From: a virus
Reading direction: 5' to 3' (one strand)
IMG/VR virus record: IMGVR_UViG_3300011429_000001
Coordinates: 15,962 to 79,961 of that record
DNA length: 64,000 nucleotides
The notes beneath the pieces were generated by a model. The model saw only the letters and a program-made list of their open reading frames with translations. It was not told the origin of the DNA and ran no database searches. Positions 18,562 through 27,532 of the stretch are shown here, piece by piece (position 1 is the stretch's first letter; each line of letters opens with the position of its first letter). The position numbers were made by a program, and so were the translations under genes.

Positions 18562-19268
18562 CGTCGACGCTCCCGCGGCGCGATGGCGAGGACGATCGAG
18601 CAGCGACAATTCGGATGCGCTGGCGGCGCCTTCAGCGGGCCGTTACGACTCGGGAAGGTCGCGTCCATCGGCACTGTAACGCCGTCGAGCGGCCGACAGA
18701 CGGGGCACGTGCGCTCGTCGCGCGCGGTCGACCACCGCTTCTGTTCCGTGCCGCGGAGGAGCCCGTCGCGGACCGCCTGCTCCCATTGTAGAAGCTGGCC
18801 CGCGTTACTCGCCGCGATCGTTTCCGTCCGCGCAATGAGGAGCGCGCGTTGTCGGAGCTGGCGCTCGGAGTATCGCTTCAGCGTCGCCTGCATCCGTTCT
18901 GGCGTGAGGCCGCCGGGCGGCACCTTCAAGACGCCGCGCGGCGCGCCAGGGATCTTCACGCTGACCGCGCGGCCGGTCTGCGTCGCGCGCGCCGCGGCGT
19001 CGAGCAATCGCCGCCTCGCGTTGAGGACCGCGTCGACTTGGTCCGGCCGGAGCCCGACGATCTGTTTGATAATCCGCGACGCCTCGCGCGGTGCGATACC
19101 TTCCTCGAACGCGCGGACGATGGCGCGGCGGATCCCTTCGCGCGTCTCGGCCGTCACCGACGTTACGAGCTCCGCGCTGTGGTTCCTCGCCCACTCGATG
19201 GCTTCCGGCATCGTGCGGTCGAAGGCCATCAGGCACGCTTGTCCAGCGGCCGTTCGGAGTTCGATCAC
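18558..19268 (-). CDS. MuF/SPP1 gp7-like head morphogenesis protein (C-terminal part)
   Basis: LIARTET...KRWSTARDERTCPVCRPLDG...PPAHPNCRC. Confidence 0.9.
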   Translation of the reverse strand: MIELRTAAGQACLMAFDRTMPEAIEWARNHSAELVTSVTAETREGIRRAIVRAFEEGIAPREASRIIKQIVGLRPDQVDAVLNARRRLLDAAARATQTGRAVSVKIPGAPRGVLKVPPGGLTPERMQATLKRYSERQLRQRALLIARTETIAASNAGQLLQWEQAVRDGLLRGTEQKRWSTARDERTCPVCRPLDGVTVPMDATFPSRNGPLKAPPAHPNCRCSIVLAIAPRERRR

Positions 19269-19657
19269 GGCGCGAGGTTCCTCGGCGCGGTGATGAGACC
19301 AGAGACCCGGACGCGCGTCGTCACGCGATGCACGTCGTAGCTGTAGTTCGAGCGGCTCCCGTGAATCGACAGCGTCGACGCCGCGCGCGCGACGTCCTTC
19401 GCCGCGTCGAGGAGGACCGAGAAGCGGCTCTGCTCGTGGCCCGTTTTGAAGCCGTGCTCGCGCCCGTCAGGCGTGATGTAAGAAAAGAACCCCGAGTGAT
19501 CCCACGGCCGCATCTTATCGCGGCGTCCTCCCGGCCGGGTCGACCCGTAGGCGACGAGGACGAACGGCACGTCGCCGAGCGGCCACTTGGTGCCGAGCTC
19601 CTCGCGCTTCACGATCCGGTGCGGGATGTTGCCCATCCGGAAGCGGACGCGGTGCAC
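19265..19657 (-). CDS. Hypothetical protein (start uncertain)
   Basis: Open frame with normal composition coupled to the MuF start. Confidence 0.45.
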   Translation of the reverse strand: MHRVRFRMGNIPHRIVKREELGTKWPLGDVPFVLVAYGSTRPGGRRDKMRPWDHSGFFSYITPDGREHGFKTGHEQSRFSVLLDAAKDVARAASTLSIHGSRSNYSYDVHRVTTRVRVSGLITAPRNLAP

Positions 19658-19692
19658 TTGTATGCGCTTCTCGGCGTCGGCGGTTCGTCGCT

Positions 19693-20016
19693 TCAGATGC
19701 CACCCCCGCTCGAAAACCACGTGGCCTCCATGCCGAGGAGCGACCAGCACGCGGCGATCAGCGGATCGTCGTCCGCGACGTTGTTCGCGAACTGACCGCG
19801 GTAGCCGTCCGGCCCGATCCATCCGATCTCGATCGTCGCGTAGAGCTGCGGCGTCTCGGGATTGCGGACCGCGTAGAGGACGACGCGATCGAAGCGCCAC
19901 TTCCAATCGGCGGCGAACTCGGCGCGCGTGATGAGGCGGCACGCGACGCCCTGCAGCTTCAACTGCACGATCGCGAGCTGGAGCTCGTCGACGTCCGCGG
20001 CGAGGGTGGCGCTCAT
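19693..20016 (-). CDS. Hypothetical protein
   Basis: MSATLAADVDELQ...; ATGA overlap. Confidence 0.6.
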   Translation of the reverse strand: MSATLAADVDELQLAIVQLKLQGVACRLITRAEFAADWKWRFDRVVLYAVRNPETPQLYATIEIGWIGPDGYRGQFANNVADDDPLIAACWSLLGMEATWFSSGGGI

Positions 20017-20270
20017 GCGCTTCGTGGTCTCGTTCCCTGAGAGATGTAGAGCACGGTGTCGGCCTTCTCCGCCGCGTCCCGCAACTTGACCGCGACCGGA
20101 TCGTCGGCGCGCCGGAGCTCGTCGGCGAGCGCGAGCGGCCGTTCGGAGATCCCGGTCGACGCGAGCGCCTTGCCTTCCGCGCCGTCGAGCGCCGGGCGGA
20201 GGCGTCGCCACTCGGGTAACGTCGGACCCGGACTCAAGAACCCGTTCTGGTCGTAGTAGTCGAGCGGCAT
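20013..20270 (-). CDS. Hypothetical protein
   Basis: 85 aa, MPLDYYDQNGF. Confidence 0.6.
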   Translation of the reverse strand: MPLDYYDQNGFLSPGPTLPEWRRLRPALDGAEGKALASTGISERPLALADELRRADDPVAVKLRDAAEKADTVLYISQGTRPRSA

Positions 20271-20321
20271 CGCGGTAGGAAGTTCCGCGTCATTCTACGC
20301 CAAACAGGGAAGAGAAAACCG

Positions 20322-20609
20322 CTACAAGCGGTCGCGGAGCTCGGCCTGCGAGACTTCGGGCAATCGATCGACGTCGGCGATGCTCGCGATCCCTCGCCGG
20401 TACCGGTACGTGACGCGCGGAACGACCTGCCGCCGGTCGGCGATCAGCATATGGAGGCGGACTCCGTTCGCCTTCGCCCAGCGCTGGAGCCGCTTCGCGA
20501 CGCGGCCCGGTACCTCGACGCTCTCCGCGTCGCCTTGCTGAAGCGTATAGACGTTGATGCCGTGCGTCTTCCTACCGATCGTCACGAGGAGATCGGTTAG
20601 TTGTTCCAC
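20322..20609 (-). CDS. Hypothetical protein
   Basis: GTG start after GGAG, VEQLTDLLVTIG. Confidence 0.5.
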   Translation of the reverse strand: MEQLTDLLVTIGRKTHGINVYTLQQGDAESVEVPGRVAKRLQRWAKANGVRLHMLIADRRQVVPRVTYRYRRGIASIADVDRLPEVSQAELRDRL

Positions 20610-21391
20610 CGCAGCCACTCCATAAACATCCCGCCGTCGTCGCTCCGAACGACGACCGCGAAGATCCGATCGTGTCCGGCGGCCCACGCGCTCGCGGCCC
20701 GGACGTCGCCGTCGAGGATGACGCCCTGTTCGTTGACGACGATCGGCGGGACGGGGAGATTCGAGCGATAGCGGACGACGAGCTCGGAGTCGCCGCTCAT
20801 CACGCCGCCGCTCCCGGCCGACGGCTTGAGGTCCGCGATGTAGAGATGCTTGACCTGCGCGCCGGTCGAGTCGAAGCGCGCGACCGCGGCGGCCTCGCGG
20901 AGCGACTGCTCGACCATATCGGCGCGCGGAAGAATGTCGACCGGGCGCCGCAGCGGCGTCGTATCGAGCGCCCGTCGGATGTCGGCCGTCATCGCCACGG
21001 AGTCGTTCCCGATCATACGCCTGACGGCTTGCTCGCTGGCTTCGGCCGTTACCTGAGCCGCCGCGTCGGCTGCAGGGCGCGTGCGCGCGAGCTGCTCGGC
21101 CGGGCTCGTCGTCGGTCGAACGGCGCAGCGAGTCGCGTCGGCGGTATCGGACGCGACGTCGAGGAGCCGCTCGTCGAGCGGCTCGCGCGCGAGGGTGCGG
21201 AGATCGGCATCCTCGACGGCGTGTAGCGCGATGGCGAGCGCCCGGGCTCGGCTCCCGGATTGAATCGCCGACGAGAGCGCGCTCTCGCTGACGCGACCGA
21301 CGCCGCGACGGAGGGCGCCCTCGACGGCGACCGTTAACCGATTAACGTGCCGGTCGGCGACGTTGCGGACCGTGTTCGCTGTCGAGGCCAT
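20597..21391 (-). CDS. MuF-N-like region fused to a ParB/Srx-like domain
   Basis: C-terminal LPVPPIVVNEQGVILDGDVRAASAWAAG resembles the ParB PIvV...liDGhHR motif. Confidence 0.55.
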   Translation of the reverse strand: MASTANTVRNVADRHVNRLTVAVEGALRRGVGRVSESALSSAIQSGSRARALAIALHAVEDADLRTLAREPLDERLLDVASDTADATRCAVRPTTSPAEQLARTRPAADAAAQVTAEASEQAVRRMIGNDSVAMTADIRRALDTTPLRRPVDILPRADMVEQSLREAAAVARFDSTGAQVKHLYIADLKPSAGSGGVMSGDSELVVRYRSNLPVPPIVVNEQGVILDGDVRAASAWAAGHDRIFAVVVRSDDGGMFMEWLRWNN

Positions 21392-21588
21392 CAGGCGTCG
21401 TCCCAGTCTTCCTCGTCGGAAACGTCGCCGAAGCCCTCGCCGTCGAGCGCGTCGTCATCGTCGACGTCGACTTCGAGATCCGAGGCGCATTCTTGGCAGT
21501 CTCCGCTCTCGCTGCACGTTTCGCATCCGTCGCCCTCGCACTCGGGACAGATGCCGGAGTCGTCGCAATTATCGCAGTCTGAGGCCAT
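21391..21588 (-). CDS. Acidic Cys-rich zinc-finger miniprotein
   Basis: Four CxxC pairs, then a D/E-rich tail; GGAG RBS. Confidence 0.65.
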   Translation of the reverse strand: MASDCDNCDDSGICPECEGDGCETCSESGDCQECASDLEVDVDDDDALDGEGFGDVSDEEDWDDA

Positions 21589-21591
21589 TGG

Positions 21592-22233
21592 TTACTCCTC
21601 CTCGTCGTCTTCGTCTTCGAGCAACAGTTCGGCGGCGGCCATCAGTAGGAGGTCGTCGGTCCACCCGGCGTTCTCGGAGTCCATGCTGAGCGGCTCGACT
21701 TCGCGAAGGATGGCGAGCATCGCCGGTCGCAAGGCATCGTGCTCGGCGAGCAGCGAGATCCGCGCGACGGCGAGCGCCGCGGCTTCCGTGTCCGGGATGC
21801 TCCCGGCGGCGAACAGCAACACCCGGAGCTCCGCGGCGCCGGTCGCCTCCGGTGCCTCGACCTCGATGTCCAGCGTCGCCCTCGTAACGACGCCGGAGTC
21901 GGATCGCATCGTCGGCGGGAGGAGCGCGACGTCGGACGTCGCCGCGGCGTGCACGAACGCCTGCGCGGCCGAGGCGAGCTTTAGTGCGGTCAGCGAGAGG
22001 AGGCGCGCGCGGACCCGACCGAACGCGTAAACCTCGACGGCCGGGAGCTCGGCGTCCATCGAGAGCGCGACGACCTGCTTCCGTGGCTTCGGCTTCGGCC
22101 GCCGCCGCTCGCGTTCCCGCTCCTGCTCCTTCTCTCGACGCTGGAACTCTTTGAACCAGTCGAGCACCACGCTGCCGTGGTGTGGCTGCGGAGGCGTCTC
22201 GCCGCCGTAGAAGGAGTGGTAGTCGAGGAGCAC
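21592..22233 (-). CDS. Hypothetical protein
   Basis: 213 aa, acidic C-terminus DDLLLMAAAELLLEDEDDEEE. Confidence 0.65.
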   Translation of the reverse strand: MLLDYHSFYGGETPPQPHHGSVVLDWFKEFQRREKEQERERERRRPKPKPRKQVVALSMDAELPAVEVYAFGRVRARLLSLTALKLASAAQAFVHAAATSDVALLPPTMRSDSGVVTRATLDIEVEAPEATGAAELRVLLFAAGSIPDTEAAALAVARISLLAEHDALRPAMLAILREVEPLSMDSENAGWTDDLLLMAAAELLLEDEDDEEE

Positions 22234-22237
22234 GAAT

Positions 22238-22519
22238 CTACTCGAAACGAACCGTCAGCACTTTCGCGGTGACGCTTCGATTCGTCGCGAACGTATTCAC
22301 CTGAGCGGCCGTCGCGGCAGACTCGACCTTCGCGGAGACGGTGATGACGTACGCGCCGCCGGGCGCCTGCCCGATCGACGGCGTAAGCCCGGCATCAATG
22401 AGGTCGGCGACGAGGAGCTTCGCGGTGGCCTTGCTCATTCCGCCCTGCGCCGTAGCGATCTGCGACGGTGCGGCGAACAGAAGCAGCAGGACGGCGATTA
22501 CGACGCGTGTCTTGGTCAT
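22238..22519 (-). CDS. Secreted protein (Sec signal peptide)
   Basis: MTKTRVVIAVLLLLFAAPSQIATA/QGG. Confidence 0.75.
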   Translation of the reverse strand: MTKTRVVIAVLLLLFAAPSQIATAQGGMSKATAKLLVADLIDAGLTPSIGQAPGGAYVITVSAKVESAATAAQVNTFATNRSVTAKVLTVRFE

Positions 22520-22524
22520 TGGGT

Positions 22525-23187
22525 CTACTCCACTGTGAACATGATGCTGATCGAACCGAACGCGAGGCCGCCTGCGCCCGGCGCGCTAACCGAGACGCTA
22601 ACGCCGTTGGCGGTGCCTGCTGAGATGACGATAGGCTTAGTGCCGCCGTTAAGTCCGTAGACTTGACACTGCTGCGGCTGGCCCGGAACGTCGGCGGTGC
22701 CTGCCGCGAGTTCGCCAACCTGAAATCCCCACTGGTCTAGCGTCGCTCCGATAGTGCCGAGGGTCGGCGTGCGCCGGGCGATGCCGCCGAAGTTGGAGTC
22801 GGCCGGATCCAGCTTGCTCACCGCGTCCGCGCCTGTCCCCTCGGCCGTCAGTGTCGTGCCGCCGGAGCCAGCGGTCGAGCGCCTGTTTACAGTCACGGTA
22901 ACGCCAGCTGCGGCCGTAGCGTTGGTCACGCCGACGCAGATGCGGTGTATGTACACCGTTCCGACCGCCGGTGCCTCCAGCTGCATCGAATACAGCGCGG
23001 TCGTAACGAGCGCGCCACTAGTAGCGATGTAGGTGGCCTTCGAGCTCTGTCCCTGCGCGACCTCCATCGCCTTCTTGGTGTTGACGTTGGCGAGGTCGGC
23101 GCTCGCGCCTCCCTTTATCGGGAGGCCCTGCGCCTGCGCAGCGGTTGCGCATGCGACGACGAGTGCGGCGATCAGTATTCGTTTCAT
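22525..23187 (-). CDS. Secreted beta-rich protein
   Basis: MKRILIAALVVACATAAQA/QGL. Confidence 0.78.
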   Translation of the reverse strand: MKRILIAALVVACATAAQAQGLPIKGGASADLANVNTKKAMEVAQGQSSKATYIATSGALVTTALYSMQLEAPAVGTVYIHRICVGVTNATAAAGVTVTVNRRSTAGSGGTTLTAEGTGADAVSKLDPADSNFGGIARRTPTLGTIGATLDQWGFQVGELAAGTADVPGQPQQCQVYGLNGGTKPIVISAGTANGVSVSVSAPGAGGLAFGSISIMFTVE

Positions 23188-23191
23188 TGTA

Positions 23192-23686
23192 TCAGGCTCC
23201 TGTACAGTGGAAGCGGTGAGTGCCGGTGCTCCCGAAAGGATTAAAGACCATCAGGTCGAAGCCGGTGCCGACGACGCGGTTAGCGATGGTCACATCGAGA
23301 GCGGCGACCGCGACCTGCTCGGGCGTCAGGCCATCGTCGGTGGTGCCGAACGGGCCGCATACGATCTTGCTCGTGCCTGTCACCCACGCCTGCCCGGTAA
23401 CGGTCGTCGAATAGAAGCCGCTGCCGCCGGTCATCGCCAGCGAGACCTCCACGGTGTTCGCGCTACCTCCGGCGCCGACGTTGATCGTGACGACGCCAGC
23501 GCTTGCGGAGCACGTGACGCCGGTACCGGTGCAATCGACGGCGCGCGTCGCGCGGCCGACGTTCGAGCCTTCGTCGCGGAAGAGCAATGGAGGAGTAGAG
23601 ACCGCGCCGCCTGGGTTCGAGCCAGACTGCGCCGCCGCCGGAACCGAGAGCAATACGAGGATGAGGAACGCGAGCGCCTGTCTCAC
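23192..23686 (-). CDS. Secreted protein with a phage-fibre-like motif
   Basis: GTG start; MRQALAFLILVLLSVPAAA/QSG; FRDEGSNVG...TGTGVTC. Confidence 0.75.
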   Translation of the reverse strand: MRQALAFLILVLLSVPAAAQSGSNPGGAVSTPPLLFRDEGSNVGRATRAVDCTGTGVTCSASAGVVTINVGAGGSANTVEVSLAMTGGSGFYSTTVTGQAWVTGTSKIVCGPFGTTDDGLTPEQVAVAALDVTIANRVVGTGFDLMVFNPFGSTGTHRFHCTGA

Positions 23687-26613
23687 TTGACTACCTCCGT
23701 GACGCGAGCGGCGCCGGTCGAATCGGCCGACCAGATGCAACTGATAAGGCCAGTGTAGCCGAACGGTACCGTCAGCGATTGATCCGTGAAGAGTTTATAC
23801 GTGAACGATGTCGTACTCGCCGTCGCTCCGAACTTCACGTAAAGGTCGGATGTCGAATCGTTCGTAACGACCGCACCGAGCCGGTTCGAGTTCGACGAGA
23901 GGCAGGTCGTCGACGTCGCTTGATCGTTTACCGACGTTACGGCTGGCGAGCTCGCGCGCTCGGCCTGCACGACTTGCGTGAAGCCGGGCCACGGCTGCCC
24001 TTTCCCGGACGTCGCGTAGACGTCGAACGCGCTGCCGCTGACCCTGTGGATCTTGATGCTCTCGAAGCCAGCGCACGCGACGAGGTAGTCGCCGCTCGTA
24101 GTGATGCCCTCACCGACTCCCTGAACGAAGGTCGACAGGTTAATCACCGGCAACGGAACCGCGCCGCCGTTCGGCAACGTGCCTGTAATGTCCATCTCTT
24201 GGTCGGTTAGTTCGAGGCTTACGAGGCACGTCGAGTTGTTCACCGTCGATACCGGCAACGTCACGTCGGCGAGGGACGTCACCTGCCCGGTCGAATAAGC
24301 GGCGCTCGCCTCTCGAACGATCAGACCCCAGTCGCTCGGCCCAGGATGCGCGTCGAGGAGCGTCGCCGTCTCTCCGTTGAGTTCGATCGCGTTAATGCCG
24401 ATCGTTCCTTGCACTGCCTGCGATCCGCTCGGGATATTGCGCACGATGAGACCGCGCTCGGTACCCGAAGGGTTTGCTGTCGCTGATGCGATAGCGTTGC
24501 CGCTTCCGTCCTGCGTGCGCGACTGCGCGATCTGGTTACCGTTCGTTTGGTTCGCGCTCGTCGCGGCACCTGTCGGCAGAGGCAGCGACGCCGCGCTGAT
24601 CGGCTGCGTTCCGCTCGGGATATTGCGCGTAATTAATCCGCGCTCCGTCCCTGCTGGTGCCGTCGTCGCCGACTCGATCTGATTGCCTGCGCCGTCCAGC
24701 GTGCGCGTAGACCATTGCCCTGACTGCGAGACGCCGACTATCGACTCGATGTTACTGATGGCGACTGCGCCTGCGACCTTCGCCAGCACCACGTTCGGAA
24801 GCGTATTCGCCGTCGCGGTGATCGTAAGATTCCCAGTCGTCGTGTTCAACAACTCGACGCCGTAGTCTGTAACTCCTGCACCGCCGACGACGACGTACGG
24901 CGTGGTGGACATCTCGTCGAACGGAAGCTCGAACACCGCCCGGTCGCCGCCGACGTCGTAGATCTGAGAGCCGGAGTTCGGCGTCGACCACGTCGCGCCG
25001 TTGTCGGTGCTGTAGACCGCCTTCACGGCGCCGTCCCAACCTCCGGACTGCGCGAACGTGAACGCCGCGTTGGCCCAATTAAAGTAGCGCGTCGAGACCG
25101 TGAACCGCTGGCCGTTCGTCGTCAGCGCGGCCGACGTCGCGCGGTAGGACTGGCCCGCCTCACGCGTGACGAGGCCGCCCGTCGCGGCGCCGGTCGACTT
25201 CTGATCCGTCTCGACTTGCGCCGTGTCGGTCCCGTCGGTCGTGCGCGCGAGCTGCGTGCCGTTCGTTTGGTTGGCCGACGTCGACGCGCCCGTCGGGAGC
25301 GGAAGCGAAGCGGCGCTGATCGGCGACGTGACGCCAGACGGATCGACAGGCTGTCGACCTCCGACGAGCGCGGGCGTCTTCGCGTCGATGCTCGCGAGGC
25401 TGGCGATCTCGCTGGCTTGATTCGCGGCGGTAGAGGCGCCGGTCGGTAACGGCAGCGAGGCGACCGTGACGCTACCGTCCCACATATCCCAGTTCGTTCC
25501 GGCGGCATCCCACTTCATCACGAAGCTCTGGATCTTCGTCAGCTCGGGGTTCGGCGTGTTGTTGATCGGCGCCGCCGCCGTCGGGAGCCCGACCTGCCGC
25601 ACTGTGAGTCCGTAGTTGGTGTCGCCCGGTTCGCCGTTCTGGATTACAGCTTCTTGGTTAAACGCATCGGTCAGGGCGACGAACCACCGAGACGACTGGT
25701 CTCCGACTCCTTGGCGGACGGCGCCGTCCCAGCGGTTCCATGTATTCGAGCTGAATGGATCCCAGACCATCGGGAACGTCTGAATCTTCGTCAGCGTCGG
25801 GTTCGGCGCGGCGTCGGCGAGCGGCGCCGCGGTTGGGAAGCCGACTTGCCGCACGAACAACCCGACGTCGGTGCCGTCGACCTGCGGCGTCGCGCCGTCG
25901 GCGCGGACCGGGCTCCAGATGAATACGCCGCCGCCGGTGTCGACGAGACCACCGATCGGGAACAGCGGCATCTTCGGGTCGCCGATGTCGTAGGAGTCGT
26001 TGCTCTTGACGCCGCTGTGAATCTGCAACCCCCGCGCCACGTTGTCGCTTAGCACCGAGCCGATCGCGTTACCGGCCGAGTCCTGCGTGCGCGACTGCGC
26101 GATCTGGTTCCCGTTCGTCTGGTTCGCGGACGTCGCGGCACCGGTCGGCAGCGGTAAGGCGCTCGCGGTAACGGCGAGCGACGGATTCACAACGGTGACG
26201 TTCGACGCCGCGCCTCCGGAGATCGCCGACGGGAACGTCACCGGCGGAGAGCCGACCATCGCGGCGTTGACGGTTCCCGAGGTGAACGCCGTCGTGTGTG
26301 CCTTGACCTTCACGTATCCGGCCGACGCGATGATGAAGGTATCGTTCGCCGTCGTCGACGTCACGACCGTCTGCGTGCTCACGCGGAGGACGTTTGGGAT
26401 CGCAAAGTAGTCCGTGCCGTTCGTCGTCGCCGAGAACTGCACCGTAGCCGCCCACGTTCCAGTCAGTTGGATGCTGACCGTGCCGTGGCCGTTGAGGTCG
26501 AGGACGAGCTCCTGCGCGTTCGCGGTGAAGGTGCCGGTCGTCGAGACGTCCTGCGCGTAGAGCGGAGCCGCGAACGCGACGAGGATCGCGATGGTTACCA
26601 GTAGCCTCTTCAT
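23683..26613 (-). CDS. 976-aa secreted, repeat-containing fibre-like protein
   Basis: MKRLLVTIAILVAFAAPLYA/QDV; Ser/Thr/Gly-rich; C-terminal NDSTSDLYVKFGATASTTSFTYKL...ARVTE virion-type domain. Confidence 0.8.
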   Translation of the reverse strand: MKRLLVTIAILVAFAAPLYAQDVSTTGTFTANAQELVLDLNGHGTVSIQLTGTWAATVQFSATTNGTDYFAIPNVLRVSTQTVVTSTTANDTFIIASAGYVKVKAHTTAFTSGTVNAAMVGSPPVTFPSAISGGAASNVTVVNPSLAVTASALPLPTGAATSANQTNGNQIAQSRTQDSAGNAIGSVLSDNVARGLQIHSGVKSNDSYDIGDPKMPLFPIGGLVDTGGGVFIWSPVRADGATPQVDGTDVGLFVRQVGFPTAAPLADAAPNPTLTKIQTFPMVWDPFSSNTWNRWDGAVRQGVGDQSSRWFVALTDAFNQEAVIQNGEPGDTNYGLTVRQVGLPTAAAPINNTPNPELTKIQSFVMKWDAAGTNWDMWDGSVTVASLPLPTGASTAANQASEIASLASIDAKTPALVGGRQPVDPSGVTSPISAASLPLPTGASTSANQTNGTQLARTTDGTDTAQVETDQKSTGAATGGLVTREAGQSYRATSAALTTNGQRFTVSTRYFNWANAAFTFAQSGGWDGAVKAVYSTDNGATWSTPNSGSQIYDVGGDRAVFELPFDEMSTTPYVVVGGAGVTDYGVELLNTTTGNLTITATANTLPNVVLAKVAGAVAISNIESIVGVSQSGQWSTRTLDGAGNQIESATTAPAGTERGLITRNIPSGTQPISAASLPLPTGAATSANQTNGNQIAQSRTQDGSGNAIASATANPSGTERGLIVRNIPSGSQAVQGTIGINAIELNGETATLLDAHPGPSDWGLIVREASAAYSTGQVTSLADVTLPVSTVNNSTCLVSLELTDQEMDITGTLPNGGAVPLPVINLSTFVQGVGEGITTSGDYLVACAGFESIKIHRVSGSAFDVYATSGKGQPWPGFTQVVQAERASSPAVTSVNDQATSTTCLSSNSNRLGAVVTNDSTSDLYVKFGATASTTSFTYKLFTDQSLTVPFGYTGLISCIWSADSTGAARVTEVVK
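24520..26170 (-). repeat. Intragenic peptide repeats in the 976-aa protein
   Basis: Four copies of ASxLPLPTGA(A/S)T(S/A)ANQ, two of PTAAP..PNPxLTKIQxFxMxWD..WDG, several GLxVR/GLxTR motifs; degenerate at the DNA level. Confidence 0.85.
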
Positions 26614-27113
26614 TATTGCCTCCCGACGAACTGGACTCTCAGACCGGTCTGCCCGCTATTACAGCTAATGACGATCCCGTTCGAGAGCGACGCGCCGCCG
26701 AAGTTCAACGGCAGGACGGCCTTCGCGCTGACCGGCATCGCCGTGATGTATGGGTTCGCGTCGCCGTCGGCGAGCGTGAAGTGGCGCAACTGCGAGCTGT
26801 CGTTCAGGAGCAGTACGGTGCGGACCGACGTCGTCTGCGCCGTTACGGGAGTCGGCGTGTCGGTGACGTCGAGGATGCCGCTGTCGTAGTTTGGGTCGCT
26901 CGCGCCGCCGAGCGGGCGGACGACGATGCCGAGATCGGTCGGGTCCGGATCGTCTCCGCGGACCTTCGCGATCTTCGACCAGTCCTCCGGATCGCCGATG
27001 CCGATCACCTGCCGCTCGACGAGCGTCGTGTCCGGTTGCTGGAGCGCGACGTTGTCGATCTGCTTGGTGGGTGTAGTCGGCTCGCCTACGCCGACGCGCC
27101 CGGGCGTTATCAC
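26613..27113 (-). CDS. Putative virion structural protein
   Basis: PDPTDLGIVVRP motif shared with the 976-aa protein; no signal peptide. Confidence 0.65.
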   Translation of the reverse strand: MITPGRVGVGEPTTPTKQIDNVALQQPDTTLVERQVIGIGDPEDWSKIAKVRGDDPDPTDLGIVVRPLGGASDPNYDSGILDVTDTPTPVTAQTTSVRTVLLLNDSSQLRHFTLADGDANPYITAMPVSAKAVLPLNFGGASLSNGIVISCNSGQTGLRVQFVGRQ

Positions 27114-27532
27114 TGGCTAGCCGCCACCTTCGGCATGCGGAGGACGCAGATGTCGAGCGTGACCTCGGTGTGCTGGCCGATGATGCTCGCGCGGACCGTC
27201 ATCGCGCCGTCCTGATTCGTCGTGATATCGCCGTCGTAGACCGGCGTCGTCCCGTCGGCGCGATAGAGCCGGAACCACTTCGGCTTACCCTCCGCCTGTG
27301 CGTCCCGGTCCGGCACGACGGCGTTCGCCGTCGCGACGCCGTCGACTGGCGGCATGAACGCGGGACGCGCGAACTGAAGTTTGGCGAGGAGCGTCGCCGT
27401 GCGCGGGATCGCGGCGTCTCCGGTCGACGGCCGCGGGCCGTCGAAGATGCACGCGTAACCGCCGTCGAGGAGCTCGCAGATGGCGGCGCAGGCGGCGTTG
27501 GCCGCCAACGTCGAGAGTGTGATCTTGCTCAT
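27110..27532 (-). CDS. Putative virion structural protein
   Basis: LDGGYACIFDGPRP...LLAKL...GKPKWFRLYRADG...DGDI pattern seen in phage structural genes. Confidence 0.65.
   Translation of the reverse strand: MSKITLSTLAANAACAAICELLDGGYACIFDGPRPSTGDAAIPRTATLLAKLQFARPAFMPPVDGVATANAVVPDRDAQAEGKPKWFRLYRADGTTPVYDGDITTNQDGAMTVRASIIGQHTEVTLDICVLRMPKVAASQ

Noticed and set aside
20271-20321. TAGAAT -10-like hexamer upstream of 20270
   Set aside because: No credible -35 or extended -10 element
22525-23187. Possible lipobox VVAC in the 220-aa exported protein
   Set aside because: AQA/Q signal peptidase I site matches the three neighbours better; unresolved without prediction software
24520-26170. Repeated DNA segments as a possible CRISPR array
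   Set aside because: Degenerate at third codon positions, irregular spacing and in frame; these are protein repeats
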